DNA from: Lobosporangium transversale
Lineage: Eukaryota
Assembly (NCBI RefSeq): GCF_002105155.1
Contig: NW_019029004.1
Location: forward strand, 186,001 to 250,000
Direction of reading: 5' to 3'
Length of the DNA: 64,000 bases
Shown here: one piece after another, positions 47,613 through 62,882 of the stretch
Position numbering within the stretch: the first letter of the stretch is position 1
Layout of the letters: each line of letters starts with the position of its first letter
Notes under the pieces: generated by a model
Database searches by the model: none
What the model was told of the DNA's origin: nothing
Seen by the model: only the letters and a program-made list of their open reading frames with translations
Position numbers and translations under genes: made by a program

Positions 47613-50600
47613 TCAAATTTGATTACAAAGACCATCATGACTAAAAATCCAAACACAGCCAATCCAGAACAATTGTAAAAAGACCCCGCTCGCAAAGGCT
47701 TGCCAAATTGGTACAGCATCCACACGTCCCTGCTTCTGCTTATGATTCTGTCGCCCGTATTGGTCTTGGTCTCGATCTTGGCCTTGACTAACCCTGCCTC
47801 CATGCTTCGAGTCAACAATCATAGCACCACTAGAACCCTGATCAACAATACCCCTCTCATTATCTTCGTCACCATAGCTACTACTACTAATCTCATCGTC
47901 AGTCTCACCGCTAGACACCTGGCGACGTTGTCGACTAACCCCTGCTTCTTTATCATCATACACAGACATTCTTCGCGTCCTTGACACCATCGAGCCACGT
48001 CGTCTTCTTACTGCTTCTGCTGGTATTGCTGGTAATGAGGGTATTAGTGGTAGTGATTGCAAAGGCTCCAATGTCAATGCTGACGACTTTCTTTTGAAAA
48101 ATTTCTTAGATATCAATGAAAGCAAATATCGATCCCAGATCACCGTCAGTATCAAAACTGGGTACAGAACCAAGGAACGAACCATGATAGGGTTACAGAT
48201 CGACAGACAGAACCAGACTCGAACCACAAGACTCAAAAACATAAAGTGAACTGAAAAGCGCTCTGGCAGTGTATGGTGCTTCCGGTACTGTTGTTCTTGC
48301 AGATGTGGGAGATGACGATGATGAGGAGAATGAAGATATTGCTGTGGCCGCTGCAGTTGCTGCAGCTCTGATAATTGCTGGCCTTCTCTGTATCTCTGAG
48401 AACGATGGTGTTCATGAAGTGAATGACCACTGTTGGTATTAGATCGAGGACGACGAAGTGGTTTCATTCCTACTTTAGACTCTACATTTGCAAGCTCAGC
48501 TTCGGGCTTTGCTTTTGCTTCAACTCTCTTTTTTCCGAGCCTAGTCCTTTCTCGCGGCATGGCAGGTTCACTGGGGTGATATCCGGCGGAGCTAGAGATA
48601 GAGACATCAGTAGTAGTTTTGGAAATTGATCGTGACCTCTCGTGCGCATGTGCTGAAGCAAGCTTGGACCAGTAACTCTTTTTGCCATCATTCAAGTTTC
48701 CTCGCAAAGCTATCTTTTTCCTATCCATCATCACCCTAGCGTCCTCATCATCACTACTAGTTGTATCAGTCAATAGCTCTTGACCATATGAGGACTGCGA
48801 CTCAATGTACGGCTCGGCTAGTCGACCTTGTTCCTTTACTCCACCAGCAGGAGGCAGATTAAGGGTAAAAATAAAAATAAAAATAAAAATAAAGATAAAA
48901 ATAAAGTCAAAATCAATGACGAGGGAGAAAACGAGTAAAGGAAATGGCAACAATGTCACCAAAACAATAGAGAATTTTATTTATCTAAAGCGACGACATG
49001 CTTACATCTTGGCGCGGCTTCTGTCTGATTAACTTTGGCCCTGGTTTTCCATCTTCTACTATCGCCGGCGTCGTTTCAGGCTCTATAATACCATCATCTG
49101 ATATTTTTCGCGAAACTCCTGTTTCGGGCAAAGCGTTAATGACCTGCTTCACTTCCATGTCCACTTCTTTGTCTCCATCAGGTATATTAGCGGATTCTCT
49201 GGTCATGTCCTGGATCGAATTTTCTCCTTCATTGAGCCGAGTTCTGCTATGATCAGCAGGTTGGTCAATAGGCGCTGTATTAGACTGCCTATTTAAAGAT
49301 TTGATGATAGAGTTGCTGCTGCTGTCGTTCTGACTTCCTGGATATTCCGTAGGTGCTAATATGGATGGGACTTTTTTGCTTACTTCTATGGGGAAAGTAA
49401 CTGTTGAAGGCGTGTTTGACCACATGTTCATGTCACCCTCCCTAGCTCCGTAGCCCTGCAGGTAACGATTATAGGAAGAATCATTATTGCTCCTTATGCT
49501 CTTAAATGCACCAACCCCATTGGCGATAGGGTGCATCATCCTGCGACGTAACATATGTCGAAGACCTAAGCCCAATGGCTTGACCTTCTTGTTCAGGTTA
49601 AGACTTGGACTGGCAGTGTTGTCTCTATTAATCGCTGATGTGAGCATGGCTCGCCCAGGTTTCGGTACTTCTGCCGCCAAACCAGCTTTGCTAGATCGGC
49701 GGCCTTTACCAGAAACTGAAATGATTGGGTTCTGGCGATGTCGAATAAGATATCCATGGCGATGATGCGCAGGCTGAAGACCGCGATTGGATCTCTTCCT
49801 GGACAATTGGCTTCGGCTGGAGGAGACTGCGCTCATCTCCTTCATGGCTTCATCCTCCTCCACATCACGTATTTCTTCAGCTTCTGCCATAGCCAACAAG
49901 CTAGGCTCTGTATCTGCTGCCGTTGGTGGTCCTTTGTAATTAGCGTCAGTGGATGAACGGATGGGTGCAGTGGGCGAATCCATCTCTCCATGCATCATCC
50001 GGTCGCGTTGATGGTTCAGCATCGAGAGGATGTCATCACAGCTTGGACGCTTAGACTTCTCTGGCGAAAGCAGCACGCGGATCAACGTCTTGAGCTCTTC
50101 TGGAATAATACGGCCGCCTAGTCCATCATCTTCAGGGATAGAAATTGACTTAAGTGCTCGGATCTCTTTTCGTAAAATATCCACATCCTCAATCTGACTG
50201 TATGGTAGACGCGAGTAACAGAGATAGTAGAGCACCATGCCCAAGGACCACATATCGCCCTTGAATGAAAACTCGTCAGTGTAACGCCCGTTTGCATCTA
50301 CTGCTAATAGTTCTGGCGCAAGGAATTCGAGTGTGCCTGTGGCACCAGTTCTATCTCTCTTAGCGGCCTGGTCCGATATTTCACACTCTCCAAAATCGGT
50401 AATCAAAATTCGAGGTCGCTCGCCCTTGCTACCCTTAACACGGCTGTCTGAATAGCTCAATAGCAAGTTCGGCGGCTTGAGGTCGCGATGAATGATCCCC
50501 AGTCGATGAAGATGCGCTAGTCCTTCACAGATATCAAAAAAGAAACTCCAAATTTCAGAGATGGATAGGTAGTGTCGAGGGTAGCTAGATACTGAGCCCT

Positions 50601-52832
50601 GAGTGAATGCGTTATTTCCTTCGCCACTCTTGCCTCCAGGCGATGTCAAGCTATTTTGAAGCCGTTGCCTCTTTGATTGCAGACGCTCTTTTGCGGACAT
50701 TGCCTTCTTCGAATCTAGAGTGGATTCATCGGCCGTATTCACCACGTCCGCCGCCCCTAAATGCTCCTCGGCATCGACAGAAAAACTAACCTCTGGTGGT
50801 CGTTCAATATATTCCTCCAGATTTCCTCCGTTTGCGCATTCCATTAGGATGAAAAGACATGTAACCTCGGGTCCAAACTTATGTAGTTGGTGGTTCTCGA
50901 GCCAAGCGTGTTTGTAGCCCACAATATTCGGGTGGTGCAGTCTCTCCAGTAGGTGTACTTCTCTTAACATTTGAACAAGCCAGTCGTGATTGTCACCCAC
51001 AGCCACTTTCTTGATGGCATATTCGCCTAAATGGATACCATCAAGGACGTGCTGGCAAAGAAAGACAGATCCACGAAAGCCTCGCCCTAACTTCCTTTGC
51101 TCCATAAAGAAACGTTCGTAGTACCCCTGGTTGAGCGCATCATGCGATAGATGTGCCGCAGAAGAAGCAGATTGGCTGCTCTGGGTACTCTCTTTCATAA
51201 TTGTATCACAGACGCTATTGCTCCCGTGCATTGAAGCCAATGTACTGTCAAGGTCTAATGATGCTCTGCCAGAAGATGTGGGTGATCCTAGAGATGAGTC
51301 TGGTCGGGATTGCGAACTAGTATCGCCTTGAAGCGAGCCTCGTCTTGATAATGCAATACTTGAAAAAATAAAAAAATAAAAAAATAAAAAATAAAAAAAA
51401 ATAAAAATAAAAAAATAACAAATAGTATTAGCCTATAAAATTTTTTTTCTTACCAATAAGACATAAGGTAATGTATAACTGCCTACTTTGCGTCGGCCAG
51501 CATCCTGAAATAATTAGTGTCCATGAACGCAGATGTAGGGTTGGACATGTCCTAGAATAAAGTTTGAACGAACAAATAAAGGCATATTAAGCTTTTTTTG
51601 TTCAAAAAACATTTCGATTAACCTCTATAAATGATATCAATAACAAATATAGCCTACGTTCTCGCCCGTTGCCTCTTCTAGATCTAGAGGTCGTTTGCAC
51701 AAGGCACAAATCCCCGAGTCATCTCGAAGAGACTAAATTATGTATTTTCATCCAGGGTTTATCAATTAGGGTTAATTAAGCCGTTCGCAGTCACACACGA
51801 CCAAATGTAGACGAAATGTAAAGACAATTCCTTTTGTTACCATCGAATGTGAATCCAAACCAACTGTGGTTTGAACAACCAGAGATTGCATCTGAGGATT
51901 GTAGAGTACTGTTCGTCCTCGTGCCTCTGAACGCCTAATATGTGATTCGAGAAAGGGCGTCACACGTTAGTCTGATGAGATAAAATTAAACTCCTTGGAA
52001 CATACCTGGATCAAACATATAAAACTCACAGGATGACGCGCCACTCTTGTGAATATGGTACAACCTCCCGATGATCCATAGATGACGGTGGAGGCAATGC
52101 TGGGGGGGATATTCTCCTAGCAGCATGCCAAACGTTATAATCGTCATAACTGTTGGCACCAGAGGATCCTATAGACAACGACATGCTCCTGTTCGGACGG
52201 CGAATTGTATAAACATCTTGTTCATCTCGACTACCAAAGCCTGACACCACAGTTGGATGTGCACTACCATTAAATAAGATGGGTGCTCTCAGTAGTTCGG
52301 AAGGGTCGGATTCATGGCCTTGATCAGAGGCAGTATCACGATAGTGTTGGAGCTGTTGTTGTTGCTGTTGTTGTTCAGAGGATAGAGGCACTGGTACAGG
52401 CGGCCGGTGCTGCTGCAGCCTGTACCCTTGTAACTGCGATGGTAATGACTTGGTGCCACCTGGCATAGGTTGGTTGTCATGGCGAGTAATGCGTTGAGGA
52501 GGTGGCGAGATAGAATAATTTGCTGATCGTCTGTCGCCGCCTGGTTCTGCTTCAGCTCCTACTACAAAGTGTCGATCATATGAGTTTTCACGAGAATGGT
52601 GAGACGCATGATCGTTATTCTTCCAGGAAATAAACAAACTTGGATGGGGTATTAGCCAAGGCTGCTGCTGGTATTCTTGTTGCAATGGGTGTATAGACTT
52701 GTTGCTACTGTAGTTGTTATTGCCATTATTCCTAGTGTTATTGTTTTTACGGCTATTATATTGAGTGTTCATATTGTAATGGCTTTCATTGCCATCAGTA
52801 TCCATTGCCTGATCATCCTGAAAGTGATTCAT
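47613..52832 (-). CDS. IKS1: IKS1-family Ser/Thr protein kinase with C-terminal hydrophobic segments (6 exons)
   Basis: Phase-consistent exons 52832-52030, 51934-51865, 51732-51658, 51551-51487, 51358-49006 and 48833-47613. IKS1-like features are CALCKRP, FMDTNYFRML, NQGYYERFFMEQRKLGRGFRGSVFLCQHVLDG, KKVAVGDNHDWL, HRDLKPPNLLL, DFGE and GATGTLEFLAPE. Confidence 0.88.
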
Positions 52833-53333
52833 GATGGTGGAAAAAGGTTGAAAAGGATTAAAATGAAAAATGCAAATGACGAATGCATTTTTTATTGTGG
52901 AGAAAAGAAATGCACGTGATGTGTCAATAGTATATATTTAGCTACTCTATTTTAAACTTGCACGAAGACATCTGTAACTGAATCAAGATCAAGCCAGAAC
53001 GAATGCTGCGAAAGGTAGTGAAAGGAGGATAGTATTCTTATATGATGGCTTGTCGCGCCTCTTGATACAGGCATTAAGGATTAGAAAGAATGCCCAAGTT
53101 GAAGTTTAGCTTAAATGCTTAGGGTGTGAATACAACGCCACTATGAGGTGCTTACGCGATTGCCACGTTTTATTGGTGGTCCGTGATGTCTGAAACTGTG
53201 CCTTTTTATTTCTCAGCAACCATTCACACAGGGAGGAAAGGAACATTATTAAGCCAAAGCAGAGCCTTACAGGATCACTTGTTTGCACAGCAGGCTTTGT
53301 TGCTTTTTCGATTTGTCAGATGAAGAATGTAAA

Positions 53334-53441
53334 CGTTGTCACCGTCATTGTCATTGTCATTGTCATTGTCATTGTCGGACGTTGCCAGTCATTTTCATTG
53401 TGAATGATTATCATTGTCATTGTCGTTGTCAGTCATTGTCA
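53334..53441. repeat. (CATTGT)n hexanucleotide microsatellite with degenerate flanking copies
   Basis: gtcattgtcattgtcattgtcattgtcattgtc at about 53344-53376, with further copies to about 53441. Confidence 0.8.
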
Positions 53442-53959
53442 TCTTAACTTGACTACTATAAATAACAATTGAAGTTTATAGTTGTGTTTTTGAATGGGCA
53501 AGATTGCCTTGCTTGATCACTATGATGCATGCATAGCGAGTAAACAGGAAACGAGAAAAACAGAGAATAAAAAGGGCAACAGTGAACATTCAAGCGAAGC
53601 AATAACTCATCTTTGTTTGCCTCCCTCTCAGCTTTCCTTCCTCTTCTCCTCTTTTTTCTTCACCCACCTGACATATACAACAGTAAGACGAATAGGCAAC
53701 ATTCTGCCCATCTTGTCCTCTTCTTTCTTTCCATCATTGTTTACTAGAATCTCATCTCATTTCCTTTCAATTAACAATTCATCACCGCTTGTTTTTCTTT
53801 AATCTTAAGAGATCGACTCTCATTCTTCCCTTTCAACAAAAAAAATTTGAGCTGGCTGTAAAAAACAGACAATTAAAACAAACAAACAAACAACTCCAAC
53901 CAACTTGACTCTTCTTCGCTCCTTGCTCTTCTCCCACCTTCTATCCTTCCGTTTCCCAC

Positions 53960-56900
53960 ATGGAAAAAGAAAAACATAAAAACCATCGCCTTCCGGAGCA
54001 GAAAAGAGACATTGCAACGGTATTTTTTTCGATATGTAACAGTTGTAGTAGCCGTTTGCTTCACGCTAGAATATCACCATCACCAACAAGTCAGCCAAGT
54101 CCAAGCACCAACGATCATAGCAATCCTTATCACCGACAGCGTATCACCATTCCTCAAAAGATATCGCCCTCATTCTTCCTGGATGCCCTTCTTAATCATC
54201 ACCGTCCTCATATTACCCATCGTCCTCACATAAAGCATTCTCTGTCACCATTATCTCTATCCGCCTTCTTCCTTTCTTTGTTTGCACTTCCCAAACCGAT
54301 CCTGTCACAACAACAGCAGCAAGAACAAGAGCAACAATTTGTTATGTTCACGCCTCGTTACTCTTCAGGATCTGTTGTTGTCAACAAAAAACTTTATGTC
54401 ATCTCGGGTACCACCTTGGAGTTAGAAGCAAAGTCCACTGACGAGATACTTCTACTCCCGCTTGACAAGCCTTTCTTAATCAACTCTGTCCTCTGGCAGC
54501 GTCTTGGCTCCGGTGGTGTCTTTGCAAATGATGCACGAGTTGCTGCCTCTGCAGATGGATCTTACATAGTGATGGTTGGTATGGGAGAGCCAAATCTAAT
54601 AGACAGTAGCACTGGCCCTAGCCCCATGGCTAGAGTCTATGACATCCAAGCCAATTCCTGGCAGTATTTCTCTCAGCTCTTATTTAACGTCAACAGTCCT
54701 CAATACTCAAGTCGAATCTCTGAAAGCATTGTTCTCGATTCTTCCACTGGTGTGATTGTGATCTATGGTGGATATAGTCTCGTTTCCAACTTTGTGCTTA
54801 GTGATGTGACTCTAATAGCGACTTCAAGTTCACATGATTTCAATTCTTGGAGTTGGTCTCCACCAGCGCCCAATAACCAGATGGGACCACTTTTTCAGCC
54901 TGTGATGGTCTATCTTCCTCATTTGAGAGCCACACTTGTGATGGGTGGTTGTCGCACATTTAGTACTACCTCCAGTGGCTCCAATTGTTCGTCTTTTACA
55001 TTTGCATATTTGCTACAAACACAGGTCACGTCTTTTGGAAATGCGACATATTCATTAAGTGGTGTGACATTGAAGGGTGGAAATCCCTTGAATACGACCG
55101 TTTTGACGCCTCCCTCAAGGATGTCGCCTTGTCATGTAGTGTTAAATAATGGAGATGTCTTCATGTATGGTGGATCCACCACTGAAGGAAGTCTGTCTGA
55201 CTCGTGGATATTGAGAACAAAGGATTGGACCTGGTCCATGGTTACAATCAACAATGCACCTACTCAAAGCCGAGCAGGTGCGACCTGCCAATTGGTGACG
55301 CCGAATCAAATCGTTGTTGTTGGAGGTAAGGTCATATATTTTCAATAGATACTGTGGGTGTGGCGTTGCTTTTTTTTTAGGTGAAATGGTGACATGAGAC
55401 TGAAATTATGATTGATTTACTTCCTAAACAAATGGGAATGTGAACAAAGAATCTGGAAAGGAGAAAGGGAAAGAATCTGCCATCTGCTTTTTGTTCTAGT
55501 TTTCTTACATGGAGAAGTGAAGAGGAGTCGTGAAATTGTGTAGTTCAAAGTAACCAAAGATAATCAGAAACACAAACAAAAATTGCAGCGCCTCGTCTCT
55601 CCAAACACTGGACAAACCAGAATGTATTAGTCAGTCCATATCTTCCCGCATTTGTCCTTTTGTTGGGCAAAGGACAAGGGAAGGGGCACATTATCTTAAA
55701 GAAATGACCGAGACAAGTAAACAGGATTTGGCGCTTTGATTGATCAAAGAAAAAAAAAAAAAAAAAAAGGAAAACGCCACTATTTTGACAGAGAAATAAG
55801 GAGAGAAAAAAAACATCTCACTCTACTTCTCTGACTACTCATACGCTTCTTCTAGGGTATGAGGGAGCGGCCTCAGGGCCCAAACAGTTTTCCTTGCCTC
55901 AGCTGGGGATTATAAATACGGACAAATGGTCATGGGCAGCCAACTTTGAGCCCAATGGCGGTGCTGCATGGTCTTTGCCTCCCGGTGCCATAATTGGTAT
56001 CGTTGTGGGTGCAGGTCTCATACTCTGTGTCATTGGACTTATTGCTTGGCGTATTTTCTCCATGAGACGTAAAACCCATGAGCTCAACGAAGGGCACAAC
56101 CCGCAATCGAGCGAACCGCTCATGGATGATGGCGCTCCACACTTTCAACACGATAGTTGCTATAACATGAATACTATGAACAAGCTCGACGTGCTTCTTT
56201 CGGCCTCGACCAGAAGTGCATCTTTTACCCCCAGCCTAGAATCGAATAGTAGCAATGGGATTGGTGGTAATAGTAGTAATCGCAGTCTAGTATCCAGGGC
56301 CGTCCCCGGGTTTAAATCACCTTTACCACTCATCATCACTCCTTACTCTCCAGCAGCAACAATGTCTTCAGGCTCATTCTCAATGACTCCAACAGATCCA
56401 TCATCGTTCAACAACCACAAGAAACAAAACAAGCAAAAGAACCATCATGATACCCTTAACAATAAGACTAATATTGATCTTCCAGAGAGCGAACGTCTGC
56501 CGCAGCAGTTAGCAGATATGCAATATGGACACTACATTAGGACATTACAACATAATAAGCAATATGAAAAACGTCGTAGTGACCTTCAGAACCTTTCTCC
56601 TTCGCTGAGAAGAGTCGACACAACTGTCCTGCATGACAAGATTTGGGAAGAGGGCAGTAATAATGACAATCATCCAGAGGATCGTCCTTATCTAGTCACT
56701 GGCCTTATAAACCTCAGGGATGTAGATGTTGGAGAAGAGCCCATGTCGGTTCCGACGCCGTCACTTGAGACAGGTCCTATGCTGATTTCGAGCCACATTG
56801 ATACCTCCCGAATCATAACAAGTACAGTCGACACTGGCCTACAGCAGGAACAGCATCAACAACGACAAGGCTATATCCCTGTGTTAGGGGATACTCATAC

Positions 56901-57084
56901 CCATGATGATGCACCCGAATATGTCCCTGGTGTTGGTGGGTCGAAGGAAGCTAAAACAAATGTTGGAGGAAGAGGGGGTACCATGTCGGGATTTGAACAA
57001 GCCTTTGGTAGAGCAGAGATTATTTCGAATGAGTCGATTGAGAGTGAACTGGTCGATAATCGAAAAATAAGGAGAGGAAATTGA
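53960..57084 (+). CDS. Kelch/galactose-oxidase-type beta-propeller single-pass membrane protein, paralog 1 (2 exons; start codon uncertain)
   Basis: Exons 53960-55325 and 55856-57084. A hydrophobic signal-like segment precedes kelch blades (KLYVISG, IVIYGG, TLVMGGC, VFMYGG...DSWIL...WTW, IVVVGG). The TM helix GAIIGIVVGAGLILCVIGLIAW is followed by RIFSMRRK and a disordered tail. Confidence 0.85.
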
Positions 57085-58444
57085 GAAAAAGGAAAAAAGG
57101 CAAAAACTGGTCAGTTGGTCAATAAAATTTTGACCACATGCGTCGAACATCCAATTCGAATGTGAATAAACTATTCAAAAGACGATTTTTGATCAGCTGG
57201 ACAATGATTTCTGCAAGAGTGCAATATAAAAATGGAAAGATGAGACCTAATGCGTGGATGTGTTCTTTGGCAGAAACAGACAGCTAATTCACCTTGATAT
57301 TAAGCTCAATATGGGTTCCTTGTAAAAATATATACCTGTATATATTTATAAAAATTTATATAATTATACTCTGTCAGCCTTGTATCTTTGCCATCAAGAT
57401 TGGCAATATTGAATCAGCTGGATCAGAACACACGCCTTGTTTGATTGGGCCTTTGACACCGCTTCTTTTCATTTTTGGACTAATCTGCACAATGTTATGT
57501 TATCTGCGCTTTTTTTTTTTTTTTGTTACTTGGACCCGGGAACACTTTCATTCTTACAATAAACAATATCTAGCTTAAAAAAAAGAGCAGCAAGCAGGAC
57601 TTATTTATCATGAGAATCATGAGAATCATGAGAATGACAAACAAGTTTATACAATGAACACTGAAGTAGGTGACATGGATGCTTATTGGGCCAAGCTTGA
57701 GTCGAAATACCCACGACTATTCATTCTCATTCAGTTCATCAGAAAAAAAAAATAAAAATAAATGAACATTGCATAAAATATACTCAAGGACTAGGCTAAT
57801 TGATAAATCAAAAACCCTCCTCTGACTTCCCTCATTTCTCATCCGTATTCATGAGCTCCATCCCGCACGCTTCTTCCTTTTTTGTCCTTTTGTATCCTTA
57901 TCTTAGACAAACACAAACACACTAACACACACTTATTAGCTCATTCAGCTCCTACTCCCTTCATTCCCTTCTTTCTTTTTTCCCATCATCCTCATATTCA
58001 TCTTTATTCTTTCACAAATGACTGTTCATTCATCTAATTCCTCTGAATGGACTAGTGTAGCATAGCACATCCCCTTGTCTCTCTCTTTTTTCCTGTTTCT
58101 CATCATAGTTCCTCCCAACATTTGTCTCGTTTACTGCATCTTGGAGAACCCGTGCTGCCTATTCTCTCAACAGAACATCCAATCTTACTTATCCAATCTT
58201 TCTTACAACTATTATTCTTTTTAAACCATTTTGAGTTTCAATATTTACTCTTTCATTGTTGGTGTGTGTGAACCGCTTTTCTTTTCATTTTCTCTCTCCT
58301 CTCTATCCCTTTCATTCATTTCAGTTGATACCAGGCAGGATCAACGTCTCCCCTGCGTTTCTTTTCCGCTGTGCTCTTTGCATAGTGCAAGTAAAGAATC
58401 ACCTCAATAAATCATCGCAACGAGACTACTAAATACCTCACACA

Positions 58445-59697
58445 ATGGCCACTTCCAGTGTGGTGAGAAACTCGGATAGTTCCTCCTCATCTACCGGCTT
58501 TACACCAGCAGCTGTCCTTATAACACACATCACTCGCCGTACTTTGCCCAGCCATTATCGCCCTCGCCCCTCACTTCCTCCTTTAGCACTGTTGACACTG
58601 TTGATATTAGCTAGCACTGTACCACTCTTGAATACGGCTTTCGCGATCGCTTATACACCCATCTCATACCCTGCAACAGCCATTCTTGGGTCACGTCTCT
58701 ACATCTATGGCGGTATCACGGACTTATCCTCACCCTTAACTTCATACACTTCTCAATTCGCCACATTATCATTGACTAACGGATTTGATACGGACGATGA
58801 TTTACCTTGGGAGTATCTTCCAGGCAATATTGCCACAGGGCTAGCACCAGGATCCCCAAGTCGTGATCAGAGGCGGTTCATTATTGGAGGAAGTAGAAAC
58901 AATCTGGGCAAGGCACCAGCTCTGATCTTTGATTCCACAACGCGAACATGGTCTCAGACTGGAGATCTTCCGAATGCAGGCCGTGGAACCGATAACAATG
59001 ATGAGATGCAGAATTACAGGCGCGACACACCTGATATGGCGCTAGATACATCCACGGGTGCTCTGATTCAGTTTGGAGGAAGTAACGCAACACATTTTGC
59101 TACCAACGCGTTAACAGTGTTGGATACGAACAGACCGTCAAATATGATGAATTGGTCCTATACTGGATATCTAGAGTCTGTTCCAGAATTGTATGCGCCC
59201 ATTGTCCTTTATGCTCCTAATAATCGATTGACGTTGATTATGGGTGGATGTGATCAAGTGAATAATGCAACCAACGCTAGCACTAGCATTACTGTCCCTA
59301 CACACTGTGCTACATTCGACACCCTATATGCCCTTGCTACTGATAGTATAGCGTCTGGAAATCCAAAAGTAACAAGACTGAATGTGGATACAACGGATGA
59401 AAAAACTGGACAACCAGCAGAGATTCCAGCACCAAGAGTGATGCCTTGTACAGTGGTGATGCCAGATGGTAATGTGTTGATGATGGGAGGTGGTAGCCCA
59501 GGGGTTGATTCGAAAGCAATGTCCGACGCTTGGATTTTGAACACACAGACTTGGCGTTGGTCCCGACGTGAGATTGAGGATTTTCCAGAGAATGGGATCA
59601 TGGGCCATAGTTGTCAGGTTGCAAGTAATGATCAGATTTTGGTTATTGGAGGTGAGATTGCAAGAAGAGAAAGAAGACGCAGATTTTCAGACCCTCG

Positions 59698-59730
<33 letters not shown>

Positions 59731-60517
59731 CACAGCCCTTTTTTCCTAATTCTTTTCTTTTTTTTTAATGGGATACTCAGGACACACTAGTGATGGTTTT
59801 GTAAAAAACCCACTGTCGGTTATCAAGACCCGAAAATGGGCCTGGTCGAACCATTACTTTGTACCTGGTTTCTCGACAGCTGTCAAGATTGGGCTAAGTA
59901 TGAGTATTGTTGTTGTCATTGGAGCCATTATTGCAGGGCTATGGATACGATGGCGACGGAACAAGATGAGTGCACTCAAGGAAACACAGAATCAAGATGA
60001 ACACGGCATCAGGATGAAGACCTCTAAAGGAGACAGAAGATCTAGTGGCGGTACTGATAATCATCATAGAAAGCAATCACTTTCACAACATCACCACCAA
60101 TCATCCTCAACAAGAGTAGAGGATCGCCATCATCGCGAGCATGGCGCGCCATTAGAAGGAGCAGAAGTTTATCCTGAGAATGGACGCCCCCTTTCAAATG
60201 ATATTCCACGATTGGACTTCACGTTGGTGAACGATGAGCGCTCAGGCAGCGCATATGGCCATCATCTTCGGCAGCAGCAGCAACAGCAACCTCATTTAGT
60301 AACGACTGATCCCCTGGCACACTCACCTGTTGAATCGTCATCCAGTACAATCGTGGACCAAGGTGTATGGCCAGAACCAGAACATCTGTATGGTCTTAGT
60401 CAGGGACGCATTCAAAATCATGAGACTTCTCAAATATATGAACCAGAACGCGTTGAAATAGACACCAACAACAGCGACAGCAGCAACAGCAACGAACAAG
60501 ACAAATTTGGAGACTAG
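58445..60517 (+). CDS. Kelch/galactose-oxidase-type beta-propeller single-pass membrane protein, paralog 2 (2 exons)
   Basis: Exons 58445-59651 and 59781-60517. Signal-like LALLTLLILAS precedes kelch blades (RLYIYGG, LIQFGG, TLIMGGC, VLMMGG...DAWIL...WRW, ILVIGG). The TM helix IGLSMSIVVVIGAIIAGLWI is followed by RWRRNK. Confidence 0.87.
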
Positions 60518-60753
60518 GATTTCATCGCGTCAAGCTTGTTGATCATTATTGATGATTAATGGACCCCTTTTTTCATTTATGCTTTTTCTGCCCAGGGCAA
60601 ACGTTATGTACCATATACCAATATATATACACTATATATGAATGGCTGTGTATAAAATAAATTGAATAAAGTGTTCTTTCAAAAGTAAACGAGTAGATCC
60701 GCGGTGTGAGCTGGTTACAGTGTCAAAGAATAAACTATCCAATTGACGCGTTG

Positions 60754-60883
60754 GGAGTCATGCTGCATTAGTTGCCCAAATCAATGACAGTCACTGGAGT
60801 TTTCGAACATGTTTGCACCTCTCTTGAGTCAGATCACACTAATCTTAAAAAAATAGAATATAAAAACTCTCTCTCTTGACTCG
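60754..60883. promoter_or_regulatory. ARG8 promoter with three Gcn4/CpcA-type TGACTC cores and a TATA box
   Basis: GAGTCA at 60755-60760, a perfect TGAGTCA at 60825-60831, TGACTC at 60877-60882 and TATAAAAA at 60859-60866. All lie within about 220 bp of the ATG of an arginine-biosynthesis gene. Confidence 0.6.
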
Positions 60884-60975
60884 GTACCTCTCTGAGAGTA
60901 GCTCACTTCTCTTTTCTTTTTTTTTTTTTCTTCTTCTTCCTCCTTCAGTCTCATTCATTTGCCCTCAAACTCATC

Positions 60976-62882
<1,907 letters not shown>

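Noticed and set aside
45996..60517. SHO1, IKS1 kinase and kelch membrane proteins as a signalling cluster
   Set aside because: Adjacency is the only evidence. No shared motif is visible and synteny data would be required.
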